Made by a program: the position numbers and the translations under genes | Assembly (NCBI GenBank): GCA_964012435.1 | Contig: CAXGSM010000001.1 | Coordinates: forward strand, 1-64,000 | Direction: 5' to 3' | Length of the DNA stretch: 64,000 bases | Source of the DNA: an uncultured bacterium | GTDB taxonomy: Bacteria; UBP7; UBA6624 | Notes under the pieces: generated by a model | What the model was told of the DNA's origin: nothing | Seen by the model: only the letters and a program-made list of their open reading frames with translations | The model's database searches: none | In this document: positions 22,707 to 32,015 of the stretch, one piece after another | How the letters are laid out: each line of letters begins with the position of its first letter | Numbering within the stretch: position 1 is the stretch's first letter

Positions 22707-23587
22707 TGAAAATTTTTATATTAGCTCATGCTCATAATGACAAAGACCTTTATGCAAGATTGTCGAATTACATTTCGGCAGATGGTGCTATTTGGATAGG
22801 TGAAAAATGTGATTTTGATTTTTTGGGTGTTGAGGAATTGATACATGTGGATTCAAACAGCTCTATTAAGTCAGGTAGAAAATTGTCTGATCATTTCAAT
22901 GAACAGGTTGTTATTGTTGGCTTAGATGATAGTTTTACCGGTGAGATACTGGCTTCTTTTTCTGTTAGCTCTTGTGAGCCTGTTGTTTGGGGATGCCATG
23001 GTTTTGATCATTGCAAAGATGATAACGATGTTGTTTTACAAAAATATGGTTTTGGTGGAAAGGTTCTTTATACATCAAAAATTTCTTCCGGTTGTGTCCA
23101 ATTTAACTCCAAAGCGGTTGATTCAAGCACTAGGGAACCAAGAGACCCTTCTGTGGTTTCTCTTGATGGACGGGATTCAGTTTCTTTTGAAATTTTTGAA
23201 TCAGTTGAGGGTAGCAACGAAAATAAGGATGTAACATCTGCAGATGTAGTCGTTTCAGGAGGAAGAGGAATACAAGGACCAGAAGGTTTTGAGCCCTTGA
23301 GAAAACTTGCAGGAAAACTTAATGGAGCAGTTGGAGCTTCAAGAGCTGTTGTTGATATGGGTTGGATAGATTATTCGCATCAGATTGGGCAAACCGGCAA
23401 GTCAGTAAGCCCTAAGCTTTATGTTGCTTTTGGAATATCAGGAGCTGTTCAGCATAGAGCAGGAATGCAAAATTCTTCTGTGATAGTTGCAATTAATACT
23501 GATAGAAATGCTCCGATATTTGATATATGCGATTATGGGATTGTTGCTGATTGGAAAGAAGTGCTTGAAAAGTGGATTAGTGTTTAG
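22706..23587 (+). CDS. etfA: Electron transfer flavoprotein alpha subunit (divergent N-terminal half)
   Basis: [45 protein letters not shown]. Confidence 0.93.
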   Translation: MKIFILAHAHNDKDLYARLSNYISADGAIWIGEKCDFDFLGVEELIHVDSNSSIKSGRKLSDHFNEQVVIVGLDDSFTGEILASFSVSSCEPVVWGCHGFDHCKDDNDVVLQKYGFGGKVLYTSKISSGCVQFNSKAVDSSTREPRDPSVVSLDGRDSVSFEIFESVEGSNENKDVTSADVVVSGGRGIQGPEGFEPLRKLAGKLNGAVGASRAVVDMGWIDYSHQIGQTGKSVSPKLYVAFGISGAVQHRAGMQNSSVIVAINTDRNAPIFDICDYGIVADWKEVLEKWISV

Positions 23588-23715
23588 GACTTTCTGAATC
23601 TATCTCTTTTTAACTGTTCTTTTTTCTCCTTTTCTAACTCTTGTTTAAGGTCTTTTTCAAAATTTGATGAAAATGGCTTGAACAGGCTGATGATTTTTTT
23701 TAAGAATCTTTTCAT
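23584..23715 (-). CDS. Putative 43-aa small protein ([43 protein letters not shown]), not in ORF track
   Basis: ATG 1 nt after the upstream stop; fills the gap between converging operons; amphipathic start and charged helix. Confidence 0.55.
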   Translation of the reverse strand: MKRFLKKIISLFKPFSSNFEKDLKQELEKEKKEQLKRDRFRKS

Positions 23716-23716
23716 G

Positions 23717-25399
23717 TTATAGGTTTTTGTTTTTTATAGGGTCTCTTTCACCTTTAATTGCAGGAATATCAGGCTTGCCTGTTGGAAGTAGGGGGATTTC
23801 TTCAAGGATTTCTATTTCTTTTGGCATTTTATATGTTGCCAGTAGTTTCTTTTCATTCAGAAAGGAAATGATTTCCTTTTTGATTTCATGGTTGTCTTTT
23901 TGGTTTTCCAGCTCTATAAACGCTTTTACTTTTTCTCCAGTTTTTTTATCTGGTATTCCAATGGCTACAACTGATTTAACCTTTGGATGTTTCATGACAG
24001 CATCTTCAATTTCTGCTGGATAAACATTTTCTCCAGCAACTATGATCATATGTTTTGCTCTTCCACATATTGTTAGATTTCCCTCTCCATCAAACTTTCC
24101 TATATCTCCTGTTCGATACCATCCATCAATCAACACTTCGTTTGTTTCTTTTTCTTTCCCGTGATAGCCTTTGAAAACATTTGGACCTTTGATCCATATT
24201 TCACCTTCAGCATTTGCTTTTGGCTTAATTGATGGTTCGGAACTATCTTCAGGGCTTAATGCAGTTGTGACTTCTTTATTGTTTTCATCTCTAAGTTGAA
24301 TCTTTACACTCGGAAAAGCAATACCGCATGTTCCAAAAACTGGAGGTTTTCCTGGTCTGTTAAAAGAGATTACCGGACTTGTTTCGCTTGCCCCATATCC
24401 TTCGTATATTGGAATTTTTGTAATTTTTTCAAATTTTTCAATTATTTCTCTTGGAAGAGGAGCTCCTCCAGCTACAGCTAATCGCACTGAAGATAGATCT
24501 TTTTTAGGTTCCTTTAACCTGTTCGCAGCGTTTATCAAGGAGTTATACATAGATGGAACAAGTTCAAGAACAGTTATTTTTTGAGACTTAATTATGTCAA
24601 GAACTAATTTTGGTTGAAATGCTGGGATAGGAACAAATCTACCGCCAGAAAGCATTCCCGCAAGCATTCCCGCTGTTAATCCAAAAGAATGAAACAAAGG
24701 TAAAACCCCGCTTATTGTGTGATTTTCTGTATCTCCCAATACTTTCCAAAAATCTGAAAGGTTGTTAGATAAATTTCCATGTGAAAGCATTACACCTTTA
24801 GGTTTTCCAGTTGATCCAGAAGTGTAAATATAACAAGCTATGTTTTCGGGATTTGGATCTGGAAGGTTCTTTAGAAAACTTGATTTTTGAATTTCTTTTT
24901 GGGTTTTGGGTTTGTTTAACTTTAGTATTTTTAAATCATCTATTTCTTTTTGAAGATAATCTAAAGTGTTGCCGAATATTTTTGTTGCCCTGCCTTCAGG
25001 TGCTTCAAATGTAAGTAATGTTTTTATTTGAGCATCATTTATAACATCTTTTACCTCTTTTGGAGAAAGGGCATAGTTTAAAGGAATTGCTGTTTTTCCT
25101 AGTATTTGACATGAGAAAAAAGACACGATGAATCCGGCTGAATTTGGAAGAAATATACCGATTCTTTTTTCTGATTTTTTTATTTGGTTCTTAAGCCATC
25201 CTGCAACTTTATGAACAGCCAAGCCTAATTCACCATATGAGATATTAGTCCATTGCCCATCCTTGCTCTCTGTTATTGCGATTTTTTTAAAGTTTTTTTT
25301 CCATGAAAGAACAAAAAGATGTGCTAGATGTTGACTGTTTTCAGGCTTTAAAGAAAATGAAAGAATTTTTGATAATATTTTTTTTATCCAAATCATCAT
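23717..25399 (-). CDS. AMP-dependent acyl-CoA/acyl-ACP synthetase
   Basis: YTSGSTGKPKG, LPLFHSFG, EGYGASETSP, GEIWIKGPNVFKGY, WYRTGD, PTGK. Confidence 0.93.
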   Translation of the reverse strand: MMIWIKKILSKILSFSLKPENSQHLAHLFVLSWKKNFKKIAITESKDGQWTNISYGELGLAVHKVAGWLKNQIKKSEKRIGIFLPNSAGFIVSFFSCQILGKTAIPLNYALSPKEVKDVINDAQIKTLLTFEAPEGRATKIFGNTLDYLQKEIDDLKILKLNKPKTQKEIQKSSFLKNLPDPNPENIACYIYTSGSTGKPKGVMLSHGNLSNNLSDFWKVLGDTENHTISGVLPLFHSFGLTAGMLAGMLSGGRFVPIPAFQPKLVLDIIKSQKITVLELVPSMYNSLINAANRLKEPKKDLSSVRLAVAGGAPLPREIIEKFEKITKIPIYEGYGASETSPVISFNRPGKPPVFGTCGIAFPSVKIQLRDENNKEVTTALSPEDSSEPSIKPKANAEGEIWIKGPNVFKGYHGKEKETNEVLIDGWYRTGDIGKFDGEGNLTICGRAKHMIIVAGENVYPAEIEDAVMKHPKVKSVVAIGIPDKKTGEKVKAFIELENQKDNHEIKKEIISFLNEKKLLATYKMPKEIEILEEIPLLPTGKPDIPAIKGERDPIKNKNL

Positions 25400-26604
25400 T
25401 CGATAATTGTACTGTTTTCTTGTTTAAGTTCATTTAAGGATTTCCAGGTGTGTTCCCAGAGCTGTTCTAATAATTTTTTTTCATATTCTTTAGATAGCCT
25501 TGGATTAGAGTGTTTTAAATTTTTGACTTCAATGATTTTACCTAGTTTAAAGTGACATTTTTTTTTAGTTTTTATAATATGTTTTTTATCCATGAGCCTA
25601 TGTATTTCTTTTGAAAAGATTGCCAATATCTCTTCAACAGATTCATATGATTCTTTCCAGTTTTTAAAATCTAAACATGATAATGAATGAAGCATCATTA
25701 TTTTTTTTGTATTTTCATTTTTTTCATTTTTGTTTTTTATCAAGTCATTTGCTTCCCTTGCTTTTTGTACCCTGTTGGAAAGCGTGTCCTTTTGAAGTGG
25801 TTTTATTTCAAGCTTAGCTTCAATATTTTTTATTGAATTATCGCATAGTTTTTTAGCTCTAGAAGTTAGCCATCGCCATTTTGCCTTAGAGTCTTTATGT
25901 TTTTTTTGTGATGTTTGATATCCTTCTTGTGTTTCTAGTTTTTTAATTATTGAATGTGCAATTTGACTAACTCGAACATCCATGTCCTTTTTTTTGTGAG
26001 GTTTTATGTTGAGTGTTTTTTCAAGCTCTTCTAAACGTTTTTTAACGATTTGGCTTTTGTTTCCGATTATTGAATAATAAATTGCAATCGGTAAAATCTT
26101 TATAGAGGATTTTATTTTTTTAGAAGAAAGAGTTGCGATTTTTATTGGTCCTGGTTGGTAATCAAGAAGTCTATTGCCTTGCCCGTGTGTTCTTCCCTCA
26201 GGGAAAACAATTAAATTTTTATTACTTGTAAGGATTTCAATTGATCTTGATAAAGATTTTCTGTCAAGTTTTGTTCTATCTACTGAAAAGCAGCCACCCA
26301 TTTGTATTAATTTTCTAAAAATATATGGAGTTCTGAACATTACATCTTTTGCAGTCATTATCCTGAATTTTAAATTTAGCTTCCTTAATGCGCAATACAG
26401 AGAAGGAGGGTCAAAATCTGTAGGGTGGTTGCAAGCAATCAAGACTCCATTTGGTAAAGTTTTTTTTAATTGCCTTTCATCGTTTTTTGAAAATTTGATT
26501 TCTTTAATTTTTGCTTTATTCTTAAGCAAGAATGCCAGTATGCTATTTAATATTCTGACATAAGGGATAGAGAATGAATCTTTGTAAAATTGGCTTTTTT
26601 TCAA
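25396..26604 (-). CDS. PlsC-like (lyso)phospholipid acyltransferase with C-terminal extension
   Basis: NHPTDFD (HX4D), FSVDR, VFPEGRT, ILPIAI. Confidence 0.88.
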   Translation of the reverse strand: MKKSQFYKDSFSIPYVRILNSILAFLLKNKAKIKEIKFSKNDERQLKKTLPNGVLIACNHPTDFDPPSLYCALRKLNLKFRIMTAKDVMFRTPYIFRKLIQMGGCFSVDRTKLDRKSLSRSIEILTSNKNLIVFPEGRTHGQGNRLLDYQPGPIKIATLSSKKIKSSIKILPIAIYYSIIGNKSQIVKKRLEELEKTLNIKPHKKKDMDVRVSQIAHSIIKKLETQEGYQTSQKKHKDSKAKWRWLTSRAKKLCDNSIKNIEAKLEIKPLQKDTLSNRVQKAREANDLIKNKNEKNENTKKIMMLHSLSCLDFKNWKESYESVEEILAIFSKEIHRLMDKKHIIKTKKKCHFKLGKIIEVKNLKHSNPRLSKEYEKKLLEQLWEHTWKSLNELKQENSTIIE

Positions 26605-27687
26605 TTAGTTAAATGCTTTGAATCCGGTTGTTATATTTCCAATTATAAGTTTTTGAATTTCGCTAGTTCCTTCAAAAAGCTCCATAACCCTCACGTCTCT
26701 CCAAACTCTATTTGTAAATTTATCTGTTGATTTACTTGCCAGCATATTTGCTGCTTTTGTTGCTGCCTCTGTTGATTTAAGTTTTGCCATGGATGCATAT
26801 TTGGTGAAATTTGTTTTATTTGATTTTAATTTAATTGCTTTTAGTATTAATGATCTACATGATTCAATCATTACTTCAACCCTGGCTACATCTTCTATAT
26901 TTTTTTGACTTGGTTTATTTTTTGCAATTTTGATTAGCCTTTTTTGAATTCCTTCAGTTGCACCTAGTGCCATAACTGATATGCCAAGCCTGCCATTATC
27001 TAGAGCTTTAAATGCAACATTTAGGCCTTTTCCCTTTCTACCTATACGATTTTGGCTGGGTATAAATACATTTTCAAATGATATTTCTGCAGTATCGCTT
27101 GACTTAAAACCCATTTTTCCATGTATTTTTGTTTTTGATATTCCTTTTGATTTCATGTCAACCAAAAAGCAGCTAATCATATTTTCCTCTTTAGCGTAAA
27201 CAATTGCTAAATCCGCTATGTTTCCATTTGTTATCCACATTTTTTGACCATTTAAAATCCAGCCTTTTTTTGTTTTTTCAACTCTTGATTTCATTTCGGA
27301 TGGATTTGATCCTGCATCTGGTTCTGTCAAAGCATAACAGCCACTGATTGCACCATTTAGTATCTTGGGTATGTAATTGTTTTTAATATCCTCTTGACAT
27401 TCGTTGATCAATATCTCTGCAACTAATGTAAATTGACCAGTAATTATTGCTGCAGCTGTTATATCTTCTTGTGAAAATATTCTTATGGCTTCATACGTCC
27501 ATAATGGATCTTTATCGCCTCCTCCATATCTTTGAGGTGCTGATATTCCAAGCCATCCTTTTTTGCATATTTCTAGTGCAGCTTTTATGTCGTATTTTTC
27601 AGAGTCATTATTTTTATGAGACCTTTTCTTGATTGTTTCTTTTGTAAATTTTTTTAAATCTTTTTTAAATAAATCTAGATTTTGCAT
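26605..27687 (-). CDS. Acyl-CoA dehydrogenase-like protein, shortened
   Basis: YALTEPDAGS, GQKMWITNG, KMGFKSSDTAE, RDVRVMELFEGTSEIQ; lacks RxQFG and QxxGGxG segments; alternative TTG start 27699. Confidence 0.85.
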   Translation of the reverse strand: MQNLDLFKKDLKKFTKETIKKRSHKNNDSEKYDIKAALEICKKGWLGISAPQRYGGGDKDPLWTYEAIRIFSQEDITAAAIITGQFTLVAEILINECQEDIKNNYIPKILNGAISGCYALTEPDAGSNPSEMKSRVEKTKKGWILNGQKMWITNGNIADLAIVYAKEENMISCFLVDMKSKGISKTKIHGKMGFKSSDTAEISFENVFIPSQNRIGRKGKGLNVAFKALDNGRLGISVMALGATEGIQKRLIKIAKNKPSQKNIEDVARVEVMIESCRSLILKAIKLKSNKTNFTKYASMAKLKSTEAATKAANMLASKSTDKFTNRVWRDVRVMELFEGTSEIQKLIIGNITTGFKAFN

Positions 27688-27691
27688 TTTT

Positions 27692-29218
27692 TTATTCAAG
27701 TTTTCCGAGATTTTTTTCTACTATCTGAATTAATTTACCGCTTTTTAAAATTTCAACCATTTTATTATGATCGTCAAATAATGGCCTATCATCATCTAGA
27801 TGCTTGATGCTTTTCCTTATTTCTGTAATAATTTCATTAATTACTGGACTTGGCTTTTCGGGTTTTCTTAATTCGATAGCTTGTGCTGATGCTAACATTT
27901 CTATTGCAAGGATACCCCAGCAGTTTTCTAAAATTTGTTTTGTTTTTTGTGCTGTTGTTAAACCCATTGAAACAAAATCTTCTTGATCTGCAGCAGCTGG
28001 TATCGATTGGTTTGCTGCAGGATGGCTAAGTATTCTATTTTCCACACATAGAGCATCTGCTGTATATTGGCTAACCATTAATCCTGAATTGAAGCCTGGA
28101 TCTTCTGTGAGAAAAGGAGGTAAGCCTCCTGAGAGAGCTGGGTTTACAAGCCTGTTCATCCTCCTTTCTGATAGCACTCCAACCATAGATAGCCCAACCC
28201 CAATCATTTCCATTGGCAAAGCTACAGGGGTTCCTTGAAAATTTGCCCCAGTTAAAACTTCTTTTTCTTCTGGCAAAAAGATTGGATTGTCTCCAACGCC
28301 ATTTAGTTCAATTTCAACTTGTTTCAATGTGTAAGAAAGCGAATCTCTAAGCGTTCCTGCTACTTGAGGCGTGGATCTTAAAGAGTAAGCATCTTGTAGT
28401 TTTTTATTTTTAGAATTTAGAATTTCTGACCCTTCTGTTAAGTTGGTAATATTTTTTGCTACTTTTTTAGAGCCTGTAAAACCTCTTAATTCATGGAGTT
28501 TTGATTTGTAAGGTTTCATATTTGCATTCAGAGCCTCAAGTGTCATTGAGGCTGATAGATCATGTGTTTTTAACCATAATTTTGCATCATTGAGAATTAA
28601 AGCTGAAAGTGCCGTGAGGACATTTGAGCCATTGATTATTGAGAGTCCATCCCTTGCCGCAAGCTTTAAAGGTTTAATTTTTGCTTTAGCGAGAGCGTTT
28701 TTTGCACTCATTAGTTTATCTTTATAAAAGGCATCACCTTCACCCATCATAGTTAAAGCAATTTGACTCATTGGAGCAAGGTCTCCACATGCCCCTACAG
28801 ATCCTTTTTCACAAACATAAGGAACCACATCGCTATTGAGGATCTCAATCATTTTTTCAGTGATTTCTTTTCTGCCACCAGAGAAACCTTTGCAGTGAAC
28901 GTTTATTCTTCCACACATTGCACCTCTAACAATTTCTTTTGGCATTGCCTTCCCTATGCCAGCAGCATGAGAGTAAACAAGATGATTTTGAAATTTTTGA
29001 GTTTGCTCTTCGTCTAAAGTTACTTCGGAAAATTCTCCAATTCCTGTATTTATCCCATACATAGGTTCTTTTTTTTCTATTTTTTCTTCAACCATGTCTC
29101 TGCATTTTTTGATTCGAGTCCAGCATTCGTCTTCAATATCAAGATTAACCTTCCCTCTAGAAACCTTTGTGAGCATTCTTGCTGTTAGGTTGTAGCCATT
29201 TAAATAAAATTTCTTCAT
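27692..29218 (-). CDS. MIO-family aromatic amino acid ammonia-lyase (HutH/PAL-like) with Ala-Cys-Gly triad
   Basis: YGINTG, SHAAG, GSVGACGDLAP, QDAYSLRSTPQV, DNP, QEDFVSMG. Confidence 0.92.
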   Translation of the reverse strand: MKKFYLNGYNLTARMLTKVSRGKVNLDIEDECWTRIKKCRDMVEEKIEKKEPMYGINTGIGEFSEVTLDEEQTQKFQNHLVYSHAAGIGKAMPKEIVRGAMCGRINVHCKGFSGGRKEITEKMIEILNSDVVPYVCEKGSVGACGDLAPMSQIALTMMGEGDAFYKDKLMSAKNALAKAKIKPLKLAARDGLSIINGSNVLTALSALILNDAKLWLKTHDLSASMTLEALNANMKPYKSKLHELRGFTGSKKVAKNITNLTEGSEILNSKNKKLQDAYSLRSTPQVAGTLRDSLSYTLKQVEIELNGVGDNPIFLPEEKEVLTGANFQGTPVALPMEMIGVGLSMVGVLSERRMNRLVNPALSGGLPPFLTEDPGFNSGLMVSQYTADALCVENRILSHPAANQSIPAAADQEDFVSMGLTTAQKTKQILENCWGILAIEMLASAQAIELRKPEKPSPVINEIITEIRKSIKHLDDDRPLFDDHNKMVEILKSGKLIQIVEKNLGKLE

Positions 29219-29311
29219 AGTTTGAATTCTAGATTGTCTTATGATACTTTTGTGGGAACAACTCCTTTGCTTCTTTTTGAAATACTTGCTATTTTTCTAT
29301 TTGGTAACTTA

Positions 29312-29854
29312 ATGAATATCAAAGTTTCTTTATCTGATGGTGCCAGAATTCAGTCCTTGGTTATTGGCTTCTTAACAGGTCTTATTGTTTTATTTTTTAA
29401 AGAAAATATATTATCGCTGTCAGCTTATTTCATACTTTTGCTTGCCGTTGCTCCTCATTTTGCATTTAAACCAGATAGGAGGAATAATGGAAGTAGGTTG
29501 ATGTTAGGTGTCGGGGCTTCTTTTTTGGTTTCGTATACTTATTTATTTCTTGCTGTTTATCTTGCTAGATCAGGGAGTGGAGAAATGGCTTTGATAAATG
29601 CATGCATTCCAATCCTTTTCCCTTATTTCTCATGGGTTTGTGGTACAGTGATATTTAATTTTGAGCAACGTTTAAAGCCTGGTTTTTTCATAGTCGCATG
29701 TTTGGCTTTTGTTTTTTCTTTAGGTTTTTGTTTTAACTTGTTTTTTAAAGAGCATATTACTTATTTTTATTTATGCTTTTTGTCATGGTTGTTTTGGTTT
29801 CTTTCAAGAAAGATGCGAATTGATCAGGAAAAAAAGAAGCTTGCAGAGCTATAG
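29312..29854 (+). CDS. Hypothetical membrane protein
   Basis: Hydrophobic ORF filling the gap; start uncertain (29222-29312). Confidence 0.65.
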   Translation: MNIKVSLSDGARIQSLVIGFLTGLIVLFFKENILSLSAYFILLLAVAPHFAFKPDRRNNGSRLMLGVGASFLVSYTYLFLAVYLARSGSGEMALINACIPILFPYFSWVCGTVIFNFEQRLKPGFFIVACLAFVFSLGFCFNLFFKEHITYFYLCFLSWLFWFLSRKMRIDQEKKKLAEL

Positions 29855-29857
29855 CAG

Positions 29858-30817
29858 TTAAAGATTTTTGATTTGTGATTCATCTGCATTGCCGCCTGAA
29901 ACGATAGCAACAACATTTAATTCTTTTTTGTTTTTTGTCCATGACTCCGGAAAAAGACCATTCAAAATTGGAGCCGTTGCTGCTGCTCCAGCTGGTTCGA
30001 CTATCCAATTATTATTTTCCATTAGTTTTTTTTGCGTTTTGAATATGTCACGATCGTCAAGAAGAAGTATTTTTTCAACATTTTTTTTACAGATTTCCAC
30101 GTTGATGTTACCCGTACTCAATGGGCATAAACCTTGAATTTCTGTTTCTATTCTTTTGAGAAAATATTCATGACCAGCTTTGAGGCCTTTTGTTAAATTA
30201 GGTGAACCTTTTGGCTCTACTCCTAATATCTTAACTTTTGAACCCAGCGTTCTTTTCAGAGCTAGAGATATACCGGATATACTGCCCCCTCCACCTGAGG
30301 CGACACATACAACATCAACTTCAGGCCATTGCTCTGCTATCTCTAAGCCAATCGTTCCAGCCCCTTCAATTGTTTTTGCAGAATTGTATGGATGAATTAG
30401 TGTTAATCCCTGCCTAACAAGCTTGGCGCATTCATCTTCAGCTTCTTTTCTTGAGGATCCAAGAAACACCTCAGCACCAAAATCCTGACAAGCTTTAATT
30501 TTGTTTCTGTATGCTTTCTTTTCCATGCATATTGTTGCAGGAATAGAGTATTTTTTTGCAGCCCAAGAAACTGCTTTTCCGTGGTTCCCAGAGCTTGTTG
30601 AAACTACACCTTTCTTTTTTTGCTCTTCGCTTAATTGCAGAATATGATTTATTGCGCCTCTCGCCTTGAATGAATTTGTTTTTTGCAAGCATTCAAGCTT
30701 TAATTTGAGTTTAATTTTAGAGTTACCTGATTCGAAATCAATTAGTGGTGTTTTTACAATATGTTTTTCAATCCTTCGTAAAGCTTTTTTAAAATCAATC
30801 GAGGAGATTTTTTGCAT
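29858..30817 (-). CDS. Threonine/serine dehydratase (PLP, catalytic domain only)
   Basis: KLECLQKTNSFKARGA, SSGNHG, SGGGG, VEPAGAA, VSGGN. Confidence 0.92.
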   Translation of the reverse strand: MQKISSIDFKKALRRIEKHIVKTPLIDFESGNSKIKLKLKLECLQKTNSFKARGAINHILQLSEEQKKKGVVSTSSGNHGKAVSWAAKKYSIPATICMEKKAYRNKIKACQDFGAEVFLGSSRKEAEDECAKLVRQGLTLIHPYNSAKTIEGAGTIGLEIAEQWPEVDVVCVASGGGGSISGISLALKRTLGSKVKILGVEPKGSPNLTKGLKAGHEYFLKRIETEIQGLCPLSTGNINVEICKKNVEKILLLDDRDIFKTQKKLMENNNWIVEPAGAAATAPILNGLFPESWTKNKKELNVVAIVSGGNADESQIKNL

Positions 30818-30821
30818 TTTT

Positions 30822-31748
30822 TTAGCTATTTTCTTCTAGCCAATGAATAGCATTAAGTGCTGCCTTTACACCATCGCCAGCACTTGTTATTAATTGTTTG
30901 TAATGATGGTCAGAACAGTCCCCTGCAGACCAAATTCCTTTTACGCTTGTTTCTTGTTTGTTGTTAACGTCTATATAGCCTTGATCATCAAGGTCAACAA
31001 AATTTTTTATAAAGTTTGTATTTGGGTTATGTCCTATAAAAATAAACACACCATCTGTTTCAAAGGTTTCATTTTTATTGTTTTTAACATTTTTCAATTC
31101 AACATTTTCAACCTTGTTTTTTCCATTTATCTTTTCAATAACACAATCAAGTTTCCAGTCAATTTTTTCATTTTTTTTGGCTCTCTCTAGTATTACTGGA
31201 GTAGCTCTGAATTCTTGCCTTCTATGTATTACAGTTACTTTTTTTGCAAACCTTGTTAGAAATAAACCCTCTTCAATTGCGCTGTTTCCACCACCTATTA
31301 CAACAACTTCTTTATCCCTGAAGAAAGCTCCATCACATGTTGCACATGTTGAAACACCGAGGCCCATAAGCTCTCTTTCTCCGGGGACACCAATTTCTTT
31401 GGCTTTTGATCCCGGAGCCAGGATTATCGCTTTTGATAACCAATTCCCATTAGAGGTTTTTAAGGTGAAATTTCCTGCAGAGCCTTCTATTGATTCAACA
31501 AAACTGTATTCAGTTTTTGCACCAAATTTTTCAGCATGATTCAAAAAAAGCATTGCTATCTCTGGTCCAGATATAGGGTTTTCTACACCTAATCCAGGAT
31601 AGTTTTCCACCTCATTTGTTAATGTGATTTGACCCCCTGGGTTTTCTCCTTCAAAGATTACAACATTTAAATTTGATCTTGCAGCATATAGGGCTGCAGC
31701 CATTCCGGCTGACCCACCACCAACGATTGCTAAATCTATTTTGTTCAT
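30822..31748 (-). CDS. trxB: Thioredoxin reductase
   Basis: GGGSAG, VENYPG, CATCDG, GGGNSAIEE, HRR, AGD. Confidence 0.96.
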   Translation of the reverse strand: MNKIDLAIVGGGSAGMAAALYAARSNLNVVIFEGENPGGQITLTNEVENYPGLGVENPISGPEIAMLFLNHAEKFGAKTEYSFVESIEGSAGNFTLKTSNGNWLSKAIILAPGSKAKEIGVPGERELMGLGVSTCATCDGAFFRDKEVVVIGGGNSAIEEGLFLTRFAKKVTVIHRRQEFRATPVILERAKKNEKIDWKLDCVIEKINGKNKVENVELKNVKNNKNETFETDGVFIFIGHNPNTNFIKNFVDLDDQGYIDVNNKQETSVKGIWSAGDCSDHHYKQLITSAGDGVKAALNAIHWLEENS

Positions 31749-31985
31749 TTAAAGTTTCAATTTTAAAGGTAGTTTTGAAAAGATGTAACCCGAAGCGAAG
31801 GAAAGGAGTAAAAGCCAACCAACTTTGATTTTTCCAGCTTCTGGAAGCAGGAATGAGAATTCCACATCTTGTGATGATATTTTTACAACAATCCAGATAA
31901 AAAAACCAAGAATAAGCATTGCTGTTGCCTTTGTAAAACTTATAGGTATTACAGGTTTCTTATTTTTGTTTTTTTTGTTTTCCAT
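31749..31985 (-). CDS. Small two-TM membrane protein (LapA-like pattern)
   Basis: TM-(SQDVEFSFL)-TM; abuts trxB start. Confidence 0.6.
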   Translation of the reverse strand: MENKKNKNKKPVIPISFTKATAMLILGFFIWIVVKISSQDVEFSFLLPEAGKIKVGWLLLLSFASGYIFSKLPLKLKL

Positions 31986-32015
31986 TTTGGGCTTTCCAAG
32001 TTTAACATACCTGAT

